Positions 46,957-56,892 of a stretch of 64,000 bases of DNA are shown here, in pieces. The translations under genes and the position numbers were made by a program. The first letter of the stretch is position 1. Each line of letters starts with the position of its first letter. The DNA comes from Syntrophobacterales bacterium (GTDB lineage Bacteria > Desulfobacterota > Syntrophia > Syntrophales > UBA5619). Where the stretch lies: contig JAHYJE010000013.1 of assembly GCA_019429105.1 (NCBI GenBank), positions 4,193 to 68,192 on the forward strand, written 5' to 3'. The notes beneath the pieces were generated by a model that saw only the letters and a program-made list of their open reading frames with translations, made no database searches and was not told where the DNA came from.

Positions 46957-48441
46957 TTAATGGGAAACTTTATCGAGTTGCATGGCAAGATTTACCAGCG
47001 TGTATTCCATTACATTGACGAAAGGACGGGGAAAGATCCCCACCCAAAGCACAAACACGGCAAGCGGCAGCATATAGATTATTTCCCGCAAGTTCATATC
47101 CCTGATATCCCGTTTGTCTTCCCTCCCCCAGGCTATCTGCTTCAACAGTTTCAGCATATAGGCGGCGGCAATGACCGCCCCGACAATGGCAAAGAAGCCG
47201 GCGATCCGGTTTGTGGCAAAGGTTCCAATCAGTACATACAGCTCGCCGACAAAACTGTTCGTCCCCGGAAACGCGAACGAGGAAACGGCGAAGAGGCCGA
47301 AAAAGAACATGTAAATCGGCATAATCTTCCCCAGACCGGCATTATCGTAAATCTGCCGGCTGTGGGTGCGTTCATAGACAATGCCGACCAGCAGGAAAAG
47401 CCCGCCGGTCGTGATCCCGTGGTTGAGCATCTGGAAGAGAGAGCCGATGAAGCCGTAAATCGAAAACGTGAAGATCCCGAGGATGACGAAACCCATGTGG
47501 GCAACACTGGAATAGGCGACCAGCTTCTTCATGTCAGTTTGACTCAGACAGACGAAGCCCCCATAGATGATGCCGATCAGCGACAAAACGATCATCAGCG
47601 GGGCAAAGTAAAAGCTTGCCTGCGGCACAATCGGCAGGCAGAAACGCATAAAACCGTATGTACCCATTTTCAAGAGAATACTGGCGAGAAAAACGCTGCC
47701 GACGGTCGGGGCCTCGGTATGCGCAGCAGGGAGCCAAGTATGAAACGGAAACATCGGCACCTTGATCGCGAAGGCGATGCCGAAGGCCAGAAAGACCCAG
47801 AACTGAAACTGAAAGCTGTAATTTCTGAACATCGCCTCGGGGATGCTGAAGCTGCCGTTTACTAAATAAATCGCAATGATGGCCACCAGCAGAAAAACGC
47901 TCCCGAAGAGCGTGTAGATGAAAAACTTCAGCGACGCATAGTCCTTGTTCGGCCCACCCCAGATCGCAATGAGCAGATACATCGGGATCAGCATCGCCTC
48001 CCAGAAGAAATAAAAGAGGATGAAGTCAAGGGCGCAGAAAACCCCGATCAGGGCCGTCTCCATGATCAAAATTGCAATCATGAACTCCTTCACCCGCGTC
48101 TGAATCGCCTTCCATGAGGATAGCACGGCAATCGGCGAGATAATTGTCGTAAGCAAAACCAGCATGATCGAAATACCGTCAACCCCCAGCGTGTAATTGA
48201 TCTTGTAGGCAGCAATCCAGGAGATATTTTCCCCAAACTGGAAAATGGGGGTCTTGATGTCGAAATTGGCAAAGAGAAATACCGAAACCGCCAGCGTCAA
48301 GAGCGTCGTAATGAAGGAGGCGACCTTGATCATTCTGTCGCTGCGCATAAAGAGGGTGAAGAGCACTCCTGCAAGCGGCAGGAAGATCGTGGTTGATAAA
48401 ACCGGAAATCCAAACGGATTCATTGTCAGGTATGGCAACAT
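46957..48441 (-). CDS. nuoM: NADH-quinone oxidoreductase subunit M-type antiporter-like subunit
   Basis: 'PFHTWLPAAHTEAPTVGSVFLASILLKMGTYGFMRF' is the NuoM-type motif. 494 aa. Confidence 0.85.
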   Translation of the reverse strand: MLPYLTMNPFGFPVLSTTIFLPLAGVLFTLFMRSDRMIKVASFITTLLTLAVSVFLFANFDIKTPIFQFGENISWIAAYKINYTLGVDGISIMLVLLTTIISPIAVLSSWKAIQTRVKEFMIAILIMETALIGVFCALDFILFYFFWEAMLIPMYLLIAIWGGPNKDYASLKFFIYTLFGSVFLLVAIIAIYLVNGSFSIPEAMFRNYSFQFQFWVFLAFGIAFAIKVPMFPFHTWLPAAHTEAPTVGSVFLASILLKMGTYGFMRFCLPIVPQASFYFAPLMIVLSLIGIIYGGFVCLSQTDMKKLVAYSSVAHMGFVILGIFTFSIYGFIGSLFQMLNHGITTGGLFLLVGIVYERTHSRQIYDNAGLGKIMPIYMFFFGLFAVSSFAFPGTNSFVGELYVLIGTFATNRIAGFFAIVGAVIAAAYMLKLLKQIAWGREDKRDIRDMNLREIIYMLPLAVFVLWVGIFPRPFVNVMEYTLVNLAMQLDKVSH

Positions 48442-48494
48442 AATTTCTCTTCCTTAAAACAACAGCTTATTAAAAAATAACGTCGGCTATTTTT

Positions 48495-50252
48495 CTATAA
48501 AACGGCCCAGAGAATCGCAAAAAAGAGTAAAAGGGAAAGACCAATGTACGTCTGCACCCTCCCGGTTTGCAATTTTTTAACCAGGGAAGCAACCCCCACG
48601 ACCGAGTAGGCTGTGCCGTCAACTACCCCGTCTATGGCCTTCTGATCAAATGTGTAAGACAGGGAGGCCGTGCCGAAAAGGGACCTCAAGCCCAGCGTTC
48701 GGTAAAGCTCGCCCCAGAAGGAATCAATCGGAGCGATTACCTTCTCGTCGAATTTTATGAAAAGCAGCGTTGCCTTGCGGTAAAAATAATCAATATCGAG
48801 GTTGAGCTTGGCGTCAGGGGAAAGCTTCTTCACCAGCAGATAAAAAACAAGCCCGGTAAAGGAGAGAATCTGCATCATCTCGGAAAGATGGGAGGCGTTG
48901 TACGGATTGAAATCTGCGGAAAAAGGCAGCAGTTGATAAAAGGTCTGCGGAAAAGTTCCGATAAGAAAGCACAAAAGTGAGGTGAGCCCCATCGCCCACA
49001 GCATGTTGGCCGGGGGCTCGTGGGCAGCCTGGTGGTTTCCCGCTTCCTTCCCGAAAAAGGTGAAATAGGTAACCTTCAGCCCCACCGAGAGGAATGTTCC
49101 AATCCCGGCAAGATTAAGCAGCTGCACCAGCCAGATTCTGCCCTCGTGATGAGCCGCGGCGATGATCATCGATTTGCTGACAAAGCCGCTGAAAAAGGGA
49201 AACCCGGAAATCGAGATCGCGCCGATGACGTAAAATATCATGGTAAGCGGCATGTACTTGTACATCCCGCCCAGTTGGGTCATTTTTGAGGTTCCCGTCA
49301 TGTAGAGCACCGCGCCGGCGCCCATGAAGAGCAGCGCCTTGTAAAGGATATGGGCAAAGGCGTGAGCGGCCGCGCCGTTTACCGCCAGCATCGTTCCAAT
49401 GCCCACGCCGGCCACCATGTACCCGACCTGGCTTATGATATGGTAAGCCAGGACGCGCCGGATGTCGTTTTCGATAATCGCGTAAACAACGCCGAAGACC
49501 GTCATCGCCGTTCCCAGAATGGCAAGAATCTCAAAGCCCGAAAATCCCCGGGCCAGAACATAAACCGCGGTCTTGGTAGTAAATGCGCACAGAAACACGG
49601 CCCCTTCAACGCTTGCCTCCGGATAGGCGTCCGGCAGCCAGGCATGCAGCGGAATCACGGCGGCATTGAGGGCAAAACCGGCAAGGATCAGATACTCCGG
49701 CCACGAGGCGCCGGCGGGGGGGATGGCGTTAAAGGCAAAGCTTCCGGTTTTTGTGTAGTAGAACATCATCCCCGCAAAAAGGAGCAAACCCCCGAAGACG
49801 TGGAAGAGCAGATAACGATAACCGGCAGCATCCGATTGCGGACGTTTACCATACCAGATCAAAAAGACGGAGGAAAAGGCCATCGCCTCCCAGAAGATGA
49901 AAAGGGTCAGGTAGTCGCCGGCAAAGACCGCCCCGAGCGAACCGCCCACATAATAGAACCCGGCGATATGATGACCATCTTCGTTTCGGTGCAGGGCATA
50001 AAGCGCGCCAAGAAAGGACATGATCACAAACACCCAGGCAAATACCATGCTGAGTTTGTCAACCCGGCCGAAGAGACCGGCAACACCGAGAAAATTATAC
50101 GCCCCGTAGTTGCCGTAATTGGTCAGGGCAACGGATATTATTGCCGCAGTGGGGATTAACAGAATAAAGACCTTCTTGAGCTTGCCCCGGAGAAACGGCA
50201 GGAACAGGGCCCCAATAAAATAGAATATTGCCGGATGGATCCAGTTATTCAT
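48495..50252 (-). CDS. MrpD/NuoM-type antiporter-like subunit with ~110-aa C-terminal extension ending in one TM helix (paralogue of 56893-58620); occupies the nuoL position
   Basis: 'PLHAWLPDAYPEASVEGAVFLCAFTTKTAVYVL', 'YHIISQVGYMVAG', 'AHILYKALLFMGAG'. The C-terminal tail is '...DIDYFYRKATLLF...TYIGLSLLLFFAILWAVL'. The ATG at 50252 overlaps the stop of the 82-aa ORF (ATGAATAA). Confidence 0.8.
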   Translation of the reverse strand: MNNWIHPAIFYFIGALFLPFLRGKLKKVFILLIPTAAIISVALTNYGNYGAYNFLGVAGLFGRVDKLSMVFAWVFVIMSFLGALYALHRNEDGHHIAGFYYVGGSLGAVFAGDYLTLFIFWEAMAFSSVFLIWYGKRPQSDAAGYRYLLFHVFGGLLLFAGMMFYYTKTGSFAFNAIPPAGASWPEYLILAGFALNAAVIPLHAWLPDAYPEASVEGAVFLCAFTTKTAVYVLARGFSGFEILAILGTAMTVFGVVYAIIENDIRRVLAYHIISQVGYMVAGVGIGTMLAVNGAAAHAFAHILYKALLFMGAGAVLYMTGTSKMTQLGGMYKYMPLTMIFYVIGAISISGFPFFSGFVSKSMIIAAAHHEGRIWLVQLLNLAGIGTFLSVGLKVTYFTFFGKEAGNHQAAHEPPANMLWAMGLTSLLCFLIGTFPQTFYQLLPFSADFNPYNASHLSEMMQILSFTGLVFYLLVKKLSPDAKLNLDIDYFYRKATLLFIKFDEKVIAPIDSFWGELYRTLGLRSLFGTASLSYTFDQKAIDGVVDGTAYSVVGVASLVKKLQTGRVQTYIGLSLLLFFAILWAVL

Positions 50253-50493
50253 AAAAATCCTCTTTTTTGCCAAGAATCGTATGGGCCAGTCCCTTGCTGA
50301 AGCGGACCAGCAGATAACCACCGATTATTGTAAACAAGGTCCAGAAGGCCGGGATTTTATCAACGAAGAAATGGACGTGTTCCCTCGGCAGCAGCACGTC
50401 GAAAATGACCAGCACAACAAGGAACCCGAAAAACAATTTCTTCAGGAGTTCGGCCCTTGCCAGTAAATACTCTATTATTTTAAGTATATTCAT
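50245..50493 (-). CDS. small (82 aa) two-TM membrane protein, conserved partner of the duplicated module
   Basis: Shares the pattern H-x2-(F/W)-x3-IP-x-F-x2-LF-...-K-x-L-...-L-x-K-x-ED-x-Y with the 72-aa ORF at 58610-58828. It is translationally coupled to the downstream gene. Confidence 0.6.
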   Translation of the reverse strand: MNILKIIEYLLARAELLKKLFFGFLVVLVIFDVLLPREHVHFFVDKIPAFWTLFTIIGGYLLVRFSKGLAHTILGKKEDFYE

Positions 50494-50568
50494 AAAACGC
50501 CTCTTGCACCCTTGAGAATGACAATCTTTTTAAAATGCTGCATGCTGACCAGGCTCTTTTTAACAGGG

Positions 50569-52038
50569 CTAAAACAAATTACTGATAAGCTTGACAAAAA
50601 AATCCGGATAAAACCCCAGCAGAACCGAGATCAGCGCTGTCAGCACGAGCGGCACAACCATCGTCAGCGGGGCTTCCTTGATGCCGGAGGTGGTCCAGTT
50701 CTCCTTTTTCCCCTGGAAAAAGGCCTTGATCGTAATCGGCACAAAATACCCGGCGTTCAAAATGCTGCTCGCCAACAAAACGACAACGATGGGGATGTTG
50801 CTTATCTCCAAGGCGCCGTTCAAGAGATACCACTTCGTCACAAATCCGGAAACAGGCGGCACGCCGATCATGCTGAGGGAGGCAAGGGCGAAAGCACCCA
50901 TCGTAAAAGGCATGGCATAGCCAATGCCCGCCATATCGCTGATCTTCCTCTTGTTATGGGCAACGAAGATCGCGCCGGCGCAGAAAAAGAGGGTAATCTT
51001 GCTGAACCCGTGATTGACAATATGGATGACCCCGCCCAGAACGCCGGTGTTGTCGAGAAGCGCCACCCCCAGGATAATGTACGACAACTGGCTCACCGTT
51101 GAATAGGCGAGCCTTGCCTTGAGGTCGTCTTTGGTAAGGGCGATAATGGAGGCCGCCAGGATCGTAAAGGAAACGACATACGCGGTGACAATGCCGATCC
51201 CCAAATCGTTGAGGATCTTCGTCCCGAACGTGGACAGCATGACCCGGGAAATGCAGAACACCCCTGCCTTCACAACGGCCACCGCATGCAAAAGGGCGCT
51301 GACCGGCGTCGGAGCGACCATTGCGGAGGGGAGCCAGTTGTGCAGGGGCATGATCGCCGCCTTGGCAAAACCGGCGATGAAAAGGATATAAGTGACGGTA
51401 ATCCAGATGCCGTCTGAACCGGCGGGAAATATCCCCGTGTGGATATTGTCGGCAAAATCAAGCGTACCGGTCATTATGTAGGTGAGAATGACAGCCGGCA
51501 ACAAAAAACCCTTCGATGTCCCGACGAGATAGACAAGATATTTCTTCGCCCCGGCATAGCCTTCTGCGTCCTGATGGTGGGCCACGAGCGGATAGGTAAA
51601 GAGACTGATAACCTCATAAAAGAGATAGAGGGTAAACAGGCCGCCCGCATAAGACACCCCCTGGGCTCCCAGGATTGCCGCGGCAAAACATGTGTAATAA
51701 CGGGACTGTGCATGTTCCTTGAGGGTTCGCATGTAGCCGATGTTGTAGATGGATGCGAAGATCCAGAGAAACGAGGAGATGATGCCGAAGATAAGCGACA
51801 GGGCGTCCACCCGGAAATTCAGGGAAATACCGGGAGCAATCGCCGAAAGGGTGTAGGTGATCACCCCGCCGTTCCAGACAATCGGAACCATTCCCATAAC
51901 GGCCGCAAAGGTCAGAACGGCCCCGGCTATCGACCAGAATTCCCTGATATTCGGGGTCTTGCGGAAAACCATGATCAGAATGGCAGTCGCAAAAACAATG
52001 CCGATCGGTAAAAGCGGTAATGCGCTATCGATAACCAT
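50569..52038 (-). CDS. NuoL/MrpA-N-type antiporter-like subunit without a long C-terminal lateral-helix extension (paralogue of 58825-60327)
   Basis: 'PLHNWLPSAMVAPTPVSALLHAVAVVKAGVF' is the NuoL/MrpA-type motif. It is only 489 aa long. Confidence 0.8.
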   Translation of the reverse strand: MVIDSALPLLPIGIVFATAILIMVFRKTPNIREFWSIAGAVLTFAAVMGMVPIVWNGGVITYTLSAIAPGISLNFRVDALSLIFGIISSFLWIFASIYNIGYMRTLKEHAQSRYYTCFAAAILGAQGVSYAGGLFTLYLFYEVISLFTYPLVAHHQDAEGYAGAKKYLVYLVGTSKGFLLPAVILTYIMTGTLDFADNIHTGIFPAGSDGIWITVTYILFIAGFAKAAIMPLHNWLPSAMVAPTPVSALLHAVAVVKAGVFCISRVMLSTFGTKILNDLGIGIVTAYVVSFTILAASIIALTKDDLKARLAYSTVSQLSYIILGVALLDNTGVLGGVIHIVNHGFSKITLFFCAGAIFVAHNKRKISDMAGIGYAMPFTMGAFALASLSMIGVPPVSGFVTKWYLLNGALEISNIPIVVVLLASSILNAGYFVPITIKAFFQGKKENWTTSGIKEAPLTMVVPLVLTALISVLLGFYPDFFVKLISNLF

Positions 52039-52041
52039 AGG

Positions 52042-52365
52042 TCAGTACTTCAGCTCCTTCATATCTCCACCCTCGATATGCTGATAGCGCTTTGCAATGA
52101 TGATGATGATGCTCAGCGCAATAGCCGATTCCGCGGCGGCTATTCCCATTATAATAAGCGTGAATGCCAATCCATAGGGGTTTTCCGGAACGATGAACCG
52201 ATTGATCGCAACGATATTTAACCCCGCGCCGTTCATGATCAGTTCCATCGAAACCAGCATCCCGATCAGCGTTCGTCGGTAAAGAAGGCCGGCAATCCCG
52301 CAAAACAGCATAAAAACGGCGACAAACAGATAGATGTTGGAGTTATTGTAAAGTAAATTGCTCAT
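52042..52365 (-). CDS. nuoK: NADH-quinone oxidoreductase subunit K
   Basis: 107 aa, 3 TM. 'RRTLIGMLVSMELIMNGAGLN' and 'GIAAAESAIALSI' form the NuoK pattern. Confidence 0.85.
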   Translation of the reverse strand: MSNLLYNNSNIYLFVAVFMLFCGIAGLLYRRTLIGMLVSMELIMNGAGLNIVAINRFIVPENPYGLAFTLIIMGIAAAESAIALSIIIIIAKRYQHIEGGDMKELKY

Positions 52366-52865
52366 TTGTCACCCCGCGAATTAAGGGAGAGCATAACCGC
52401 CCCGATAATGGCAACAACCAGCAAAAGCGAGATCAACTCAAACGGCAGAATCAGCGTGTCGGTAAACGCACGGCCCACATCCTTAGTCGTCATCAGAAAA
52501 TTCGGCGCCGTTTTGCCCGGCAGATTTGTCAAAACAAACCGGATGAACATGACAACCGAAACCAAGGCGATGACAAGCGCCGAAAGCAATTTTCCGACAG
52601 CCTTGAAATCGTGAGATTTCCTGGAATATTGACCCAGCAGCATAATTGCAAAGGCAATAAGAATGGAGATTGCCCCGACATAGATCAAAATCTGCATCAT
52701 CGCCAGAAAGGCGCTGTTTAGATAGATATAAAGCCCAGCCACGCCGAACATGGCGGTAATCAGACCCAGCATCGCATAGACTATGGAACTTGCAAAGACG
52801 GCCGTCAAGGCCCCTGCCATCGTCACCGCGACGGCGAAAAGGAATATGCTCTCCCCGATGCTCAT
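52362..52865 (-). CDS. nuoJ: NADH-quinone oxidoreductase subunit J
   Basis: 167 aa. 'FLAMMQILIYVGAISILIAFAIML' is the NuoJ pattern. Confidence 0.8.
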   Translation of the reverse strand: MSIGESIFLFAVAVTMAGALTAVFASSIVYAMLGLITAMFGVAGLYIYLNSAFLAMMQILIYVGAISILIAFAIMLLGQYSRKSHDFKAVGKLLSALVIALVSVVMFIRFVLTNLPGKTAPNFLMTTKDVGRAFTDTLILPFELISLLLVVAIIGAVMLSLNSRGDK

Positions 52866-53317
52866 GATGCCTTTTTCCTTTTATCGAATTCCTTCACCAG
52901 ATCGAAATAGAAATCTTCCCTTTTTAACCCCGCAATGTTGAAATCTCCCGAAAAACCGATGGCCTTCGACGGGCAGCTCTCGACACAGATTCCGCACTGG
53001 CTGCAGGTTGTAAAATCAAGCATGTACACAGTTACTCTTTTGCGTTTTTCCCCTTCCCTTTTCTCCCCATCCACCTTTTTTATCGATCCCGAGGGACAGT
53101 TGCGGACGCAGATCCCACAGGCGATGCACATATTTTCCAGCGGGTTTTCAGGACTGGCAAGGAGCTTTATATGACCGCGAAACCGGGGCGTGATCTCAAG
53201 AACCTCACGCGGATATTGAGAGGTCACCACCGGCTGAAAGAAGGATTTGAGCGTTACCCCCATTCCCGCGGCCAGCGAAACCGTACCTTTTATAAAAGAA
53301 GCAGGCGTTACAGTCAT
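52862..53317 (-). CDS. nuoI: NADH-quinone oxidoreductase subunit I (2 x [4Fe-4S])
   Basis: '[12 protein letters not shown]' and '[12 protein letters not shown]'. The ATG at 53317 forms an ATGA overlap with the nuoH stop. Confidence 0.85.
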   Translation of the reverse strand: MTVTPASFIKGTVSLAAGMGVTLKSFFQPVVTSQYPREVLEITPRFRGHIKLLASPENPLENMCIACGICVRNCPSGSIKKVDGEKREGEKRKRVTVYMLDFTTCSQCGICVESCPSKAIGFSGDFNIAGLKREDFYFDLVKEFDKRKKAS

Positions 53318-54306
53318 AGCTTCAAAAGCCCTCCTGTTACGAGCAGATTTAAAAAGGCCAGGGGAATGAGCGCCTTCCATGATATATTCAACAACTGATC
53401 AAACCTGACCCGGGGAAACGTCCAGCGGAACCACATCATGACGAAGACAAGGAAGTACGATTTTAAGAGAAACCAGACAATCCCCGGCAGAAAGGGCCCC
53501 TGGTAGCCGCCCAGAAAAAAGGTGACGGTAATAGCGCTGACGATGAACATATTCGTGTATTCCGCGAGGAAAAAAAGCGCAAACATCATCCCCGAATATT
53601 CCGTGTGATACCCGGCAACCAGCTCGCTTTCCGCCTCCGGTAAATCGAACGGGGTACGGTTGGTCTCCGCAACACTCGCAATAAAATAGATGACAAAGGC
53701 AACCGGCTGCAGAACGACGAACCAGATGCCCTTTTGCGCCTCCACAACATCCTTGAGCGACAGGGAGTTGGCCATCATGACCACTGCCAAAAGCGACAGC
53801 AAAAGCGGAATCTCATAGGCGACGCTCTGGGCGATGCTTCTGATCGCCCCAATCAGCGAATATTTGTTGTTGGATCCCCACCCGGCCATCAGAATGGCAA
53901 GTACCGTAAAAGAGGAAAAGGCGAGAATGACGAGAATCCCCACATTTATATCCTTCACCTGCAGGAAGGAATCGAACGGAATTACCACAAAGGCGACCAA
54001 GACCGGAATGAAAATCATGATCGGGCCGAGGTAAAAGATGGGTTTGTCCACATTGCGCGGGGTAAGGATCTCCTTGCCGAGGAGCTTCAACGCGTCGGCA
54101 AGCGGCTGGATAAGACCGTACGGGCCGACCTCTTTGGGACCGATCCGGAGCTGCATGTGCCCCGCCACTTTTCTTTCAGCCCAGGTCAGGATCAGGGCGT
54201 TAAAAACGACAAAGACAAACGCGGCGAGGAGGCCGACCGCAATCTTTACAATTTCCAGATCGAAAAATCGCAGATCAATGCTCATAATCTTCACTATCTG
54301 TTCCAT
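53314..54306 (-). CDS. nuoH: NADH-quinone oxidoreductase subunit H
   Basis: '[34 protein letters not shown]', '[20 protein letters not shown]', '[21 protein letters not shown]'. Confidence 0.9.
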   Translation of the reverse strand: MEQIVKIMSIDLRFFDLEIVKIAVGLLAAFVFVVFNALILTWAERKVAGHMQLRIGPKEVGPYGLIQPLADALKLLGKEILTPRNVDKPIFYLGPIMIFIPVLVAFVVIPFDSFLQVKDINVGILVILAFSSFTVLAILMAGWGSNNKYSLIGAIRSIAQSVAYEIPLLLSLLAVVMMANSLSLKDVVEAQKGIWFVVLQPVAFVIYFIASVAETNRTPFDLPEAESELVAGYHTEYSGMMFALFFLAEYTNMFIVSAITVTFFLGGYQGPFLPGIVWFLLKSYFLVFVMMWFRWTFPRVRFDQLLNISWKALIPLAFLNLLVTGGLLKL

Positions 54307-54349
54307 TTGGCCATCACATATATAACCTGTCTTCTTGAGACGGGTTTTC

Positions 54350-55924
54350 TTACCGGTCTATTTCCGGGATTACCAGGTCAAGGCTGCCCAAAATCGCAAC
54401 GGCATCGGACAGCAGGTTGCCTTTCGCCAACTCGGGGAAGATCATAAGATTGGAAAAAGAGGGAACCCGCCATTTCATCCGGTAGGGCTTGTCGCTTTCA
54501 TCGCTGACTATGTAGATTCCCAACTCGCCGCGGGGGGTTTCAACAACATGATAGAGATCCCCCTTGCGCGGCTTGAGCTTCTTCGGGGCCTTTTCAACTA
54601 TGAAGGGCCCGTCCGGGAGCCTCTCTATCGCCTGCTCGATGATGTTCAGGGATGTCTCCATTTCCTTGATCCGGATATGGTACATGTCAAGGGCATCGCC
54701 ATTTGTTCCGATGGGAACCTCAAAATCAATTTCCGGATAAGCCGCATAGGGCTCCTTTTTCCGTAAATCCATGCCGATACCGGCGCCGCGTAAAACTGGG
54801 CCGCAGACGGCGTATTTTCGCGCCCTTTCCTTTTCGATGACGCCTATGCCCCTGGTGCGGTTGATAAATATGACATTGCCCCCGACGAGCTTCTCATACA
54901 GCGCAAAACGCCCCCGCATGCGGGCAATGACAGCCTTTGTCCCCAAAATGAAGGCATCATCCACATCGTTGTAAAGGCCGCCGAAGCGGAAATAGCAGTA
55001 GGTCAGCCGGGAGCCGGTGACGGCCTCCAAAACATCCTGGATATTCTCCCTGTCATCGAAGGCGTAGAGAAACGGAGAAAGCCCTCCCAGATCTGCAAGA
55101 TAGGCGCCTATCCACAGGAGATGGCTGCAAATTCTGTTTAATTCCGTGGCAATTACCCGCACGTAATGGGCGCGCGCCGGGACGTCAATCCCGGCCAGTC
55201 GCTCGACGGCCGTAACATATCCCAGGTTAAACGACATCGCCCCCAGATAGTCCATCCGCCCGGTGTTGGGAAGAAACTGGTAATAGGAGCGGTTTTCCGC
55301 CATCTTCTCCTGCATCCGGTGCAGATAACCGAGTACCGGATAAGCATCCTCGATATACTCGCCATCCATTTTCAGGACAACCCGCAAAACGCCGTGCGTG
55401 CTCGGATGCTGGGGGCCCATATTAATAAATAACGAGTCATCCCGCAGCGCCGGAGAATATGAATTCAGCTCTTGCCTGTCCTTCTCGGAGACCGGTATTT
55501 TCTCTTTGCGCAACGGATAGAAATCAATTCCGTCATGCAGGAACAGGTAGGTCAGCCCCGGGTGACCTTCGAAACGAACACCGTAAAACTCGTGGATCTC
55601 CCGTTCATACCAGTAAGCGCAGGCATAAATTTTTGAAAGCGTCGGAGCCGCAGGCTGGGAGGGATCGAGCTTCAGGGTAACCTTTACCTTGCAGAGGGAG
55701 GAGTGAATGCTGAAAATATAGACAAGCTCGAGATAGTCTTTGTAGTCAACGCCAAGCTCAACGGCGAGATAAAAATGCCGTTCATCAAAAAAACCCGCCA
55801 CCTCCAGGATGTCTTTCGCCTTTAAATCTACCGAAAGGTGATAGCCGCATTGGGGATAGCTTTCCTCGATTATCGTCAGATCGGCAAATGCCGCCTGCAG
55901 CTCAGCTTTTGTTTTATCTACCAT
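54350..55924 (-). CDS. nuoCD: fused NADH-quinone oxidoreductase subunits C and D
   Basis: The N-terminal ~150 aa are NuoC-like ('[19 protein letters not shown]'). The remainder is NuoD-like ('[14 protein letters not shown]', '[10 protein letters not shown]', '[12 protein letters not shown]', C-terminus '[10 protein letters not shown]'). There are no [NiFe] CxxC motifs. Confidence 0.9.
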   Translation of the reverse strand: MVDKTKAELQAAFADLTIIEESYPQCGYHLSVDLKAKDILEVAGFFDERHFYLAVELGVDYKDYLELVYIFSIHSSLCKVKVTLKLDPSQPAAPTLSKIYACAYWYEREIHEFYGVRFEGHPGLTYLFLHDGIDFYPLRKEKIPVSEKDRQELNSYSPALRDDSLFINMGPQHPSTHGVLRVVLKMDGEYIEDAYPVLGYLHRMQEKMAENRSYYQFLPNTGRMDYLGAMSFNLGYVTAVERLAGIDVPARAHYVRVIATELNRICSHLLWIGAYLADLGGLSPFLYAFDDRENIQDVLEAVTGSRLTYCYFRFGGLYNDVDDAFILGTKAVIARMRGRFALYEKLVGGNVIFINRTRGIGVIEKERARKYAVCGPVLRGAGIGMDLRKKEPYAAYPEIDFEVPIGTNGDALDMYHIRIKEMETSLNIIEQAIERLPDGPFIVEKAPKKLKPRKGDLYHVVETPRGELGIYIVSDESDKPYRMKWRVPSFSNLMIFPELAKGNLLSDAVAILGSLDLVIPEIDR

Positions 55925-56373
55925 CGCTCTACCGGTCCCGGGAATCTTCTTTTCCCTGTTATCTTTTCCTCGAGTTTCAGAAAACCTTCGAGCAGCCCTT
56001 CCGGCCGCGGCGGACAGCCAGGAACATATACATCTACCGGAACAAGTTTATCAACTCCCTCGATCAAGTTATACTGCCCCTCGAAAACAAACGGGCCGCC
56101 GGAAATGGCGCAATTGCCCATCGCAATCACCCATTTCGGCGAAGGCATCTGGTCATAAAGGGTGACTAAGACGGGCGCCATCTTCTTCGTTACCGTGCCT
56201 GAGACGATCATCAAATCGGCCTGGCGGGGGGAGGGTCTGAAAACACCCGCTCCGAACCGGTCAATATCAAAACGGGCCATCGCGGCAGACATCATCTCTA
56301 TTGCGCAACAGGCGAGTCCGAAGGTCACCGGCCACAGAGAATTCGCCCTTGCCAGATCGAGCACCTTGTCCAA
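55918..56373 (-). CDS. nuoB: NADH-quinone oxidoreductase subunit B (N2 cluster cysteines present)
   Basis: '[14 protein letters not shown]', '[10 protein letters not shown]', 'VPGCPPRPE'. Confidence 0.9.
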   Translation of the reverse strand: MDKVLDLARANSLWPVTFGLACCAIEMMSAAMARFDIDRFGAGVFRPSPRQADLMIVSGTVTKKMAPVLVTLYDQMPSPKWVIAMGNCAISGGPFVFEGQYNLIEGVDKLVPVDVYVPGCPPRPEGLLEGFLKLEEKITGKRRFPGPVERW

Positions 56374-56384
56374 AACCGCAAAAC

Positions 56385-56789
56385 TTACAGGTGGGAGATT
56401 TTCCTTTTCCAGGTAAACACCCCTTTCCCCCAGGCATAAACAACAGCCAAGGCAAGAATTACAACAAAGGAAAGCAATGCGTAAAATTCATGAATCCTCT
56501 CTCCCTTGGCATAACTTAGCGCAACGGGGAAAAGATAGAGAACGTCAACATCAAAGGCAATAAAGATAAGCGCGTAAACATAATAATGGATGCCGTATTT
56601 TATCCGGGCGCTGCCGAAGGGAGGGATCCCGCATTCGTACGTATTATGGGTATTTTTGCCCCTGGTTTTCGAAGCAAGAAGGTGGGGGAGAATGATGGAA
56701 AAAAGCGCAAATAATACTGCAACGAGGCTGAAAATGGCTACTGGTGTAAAGTCTTCTAAATTAGTCATATAAAACTCAATTCCAATCAA
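56385..56789 (-). CDS. nuoA: NADH-quinone oxidoreductase subunit A
   Basis: 134 aa, 3 TM. '[15 protein letters not shown]...[13 protein letters not shown]' is the NuoA pattern. Confidence 0.85.
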   Translation of the reverse strand: MIGIEFYMTNLEDFTPVAIFSLVAVLFALFSIILPHLLASKTRGKNTHNTYECGIPPFGSARIKYGIHYYVYALIFIAFDVDVLYLFPVALSYAKGERIHEFYALLSFVVILALAVVYAWGKGVFTWKRKISHL

Positions 56790-56829
56790 GCTGCATCTGA
56801 ACCGCTCAACGGCTCACTGAACTTGGCGC

Positions 56830-56858
56830 TCTTTAACAATGATGCCATTCGTTGTCAA
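56830..56858 (-). promoter_or_regulatory. candidate internal sigma-70 promoter in front of nuoA (TTGACA-N17-TAAAGA)
   Basis: The minus strand reads TTGACAacgaatggcatcattgtTAAAGA. It lies in the only gap over 100 nt (56790-56892) within the 18-kb array. Confidence 0.3.
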
Positions 56859-56892
56859 GATTTTTTTCACTTTAAGTGCAAAAGGCAACTGC

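Noticed and set aside
54350-55924. The NuoCD gene might encode the large subunit of an Mbh/Ech-type [NiFe] hydrogenase, given the Mbh-like Mrp module upstream.
   Set aside because: Neither the N-terminal RxCGxC motif nor the C-terminal DPCxxC motif is present. The sequence reads '[12 protein letters not shown]' and ends '...[10 protein letters not shown]', as in quinone-reducing complex I-type subunits.
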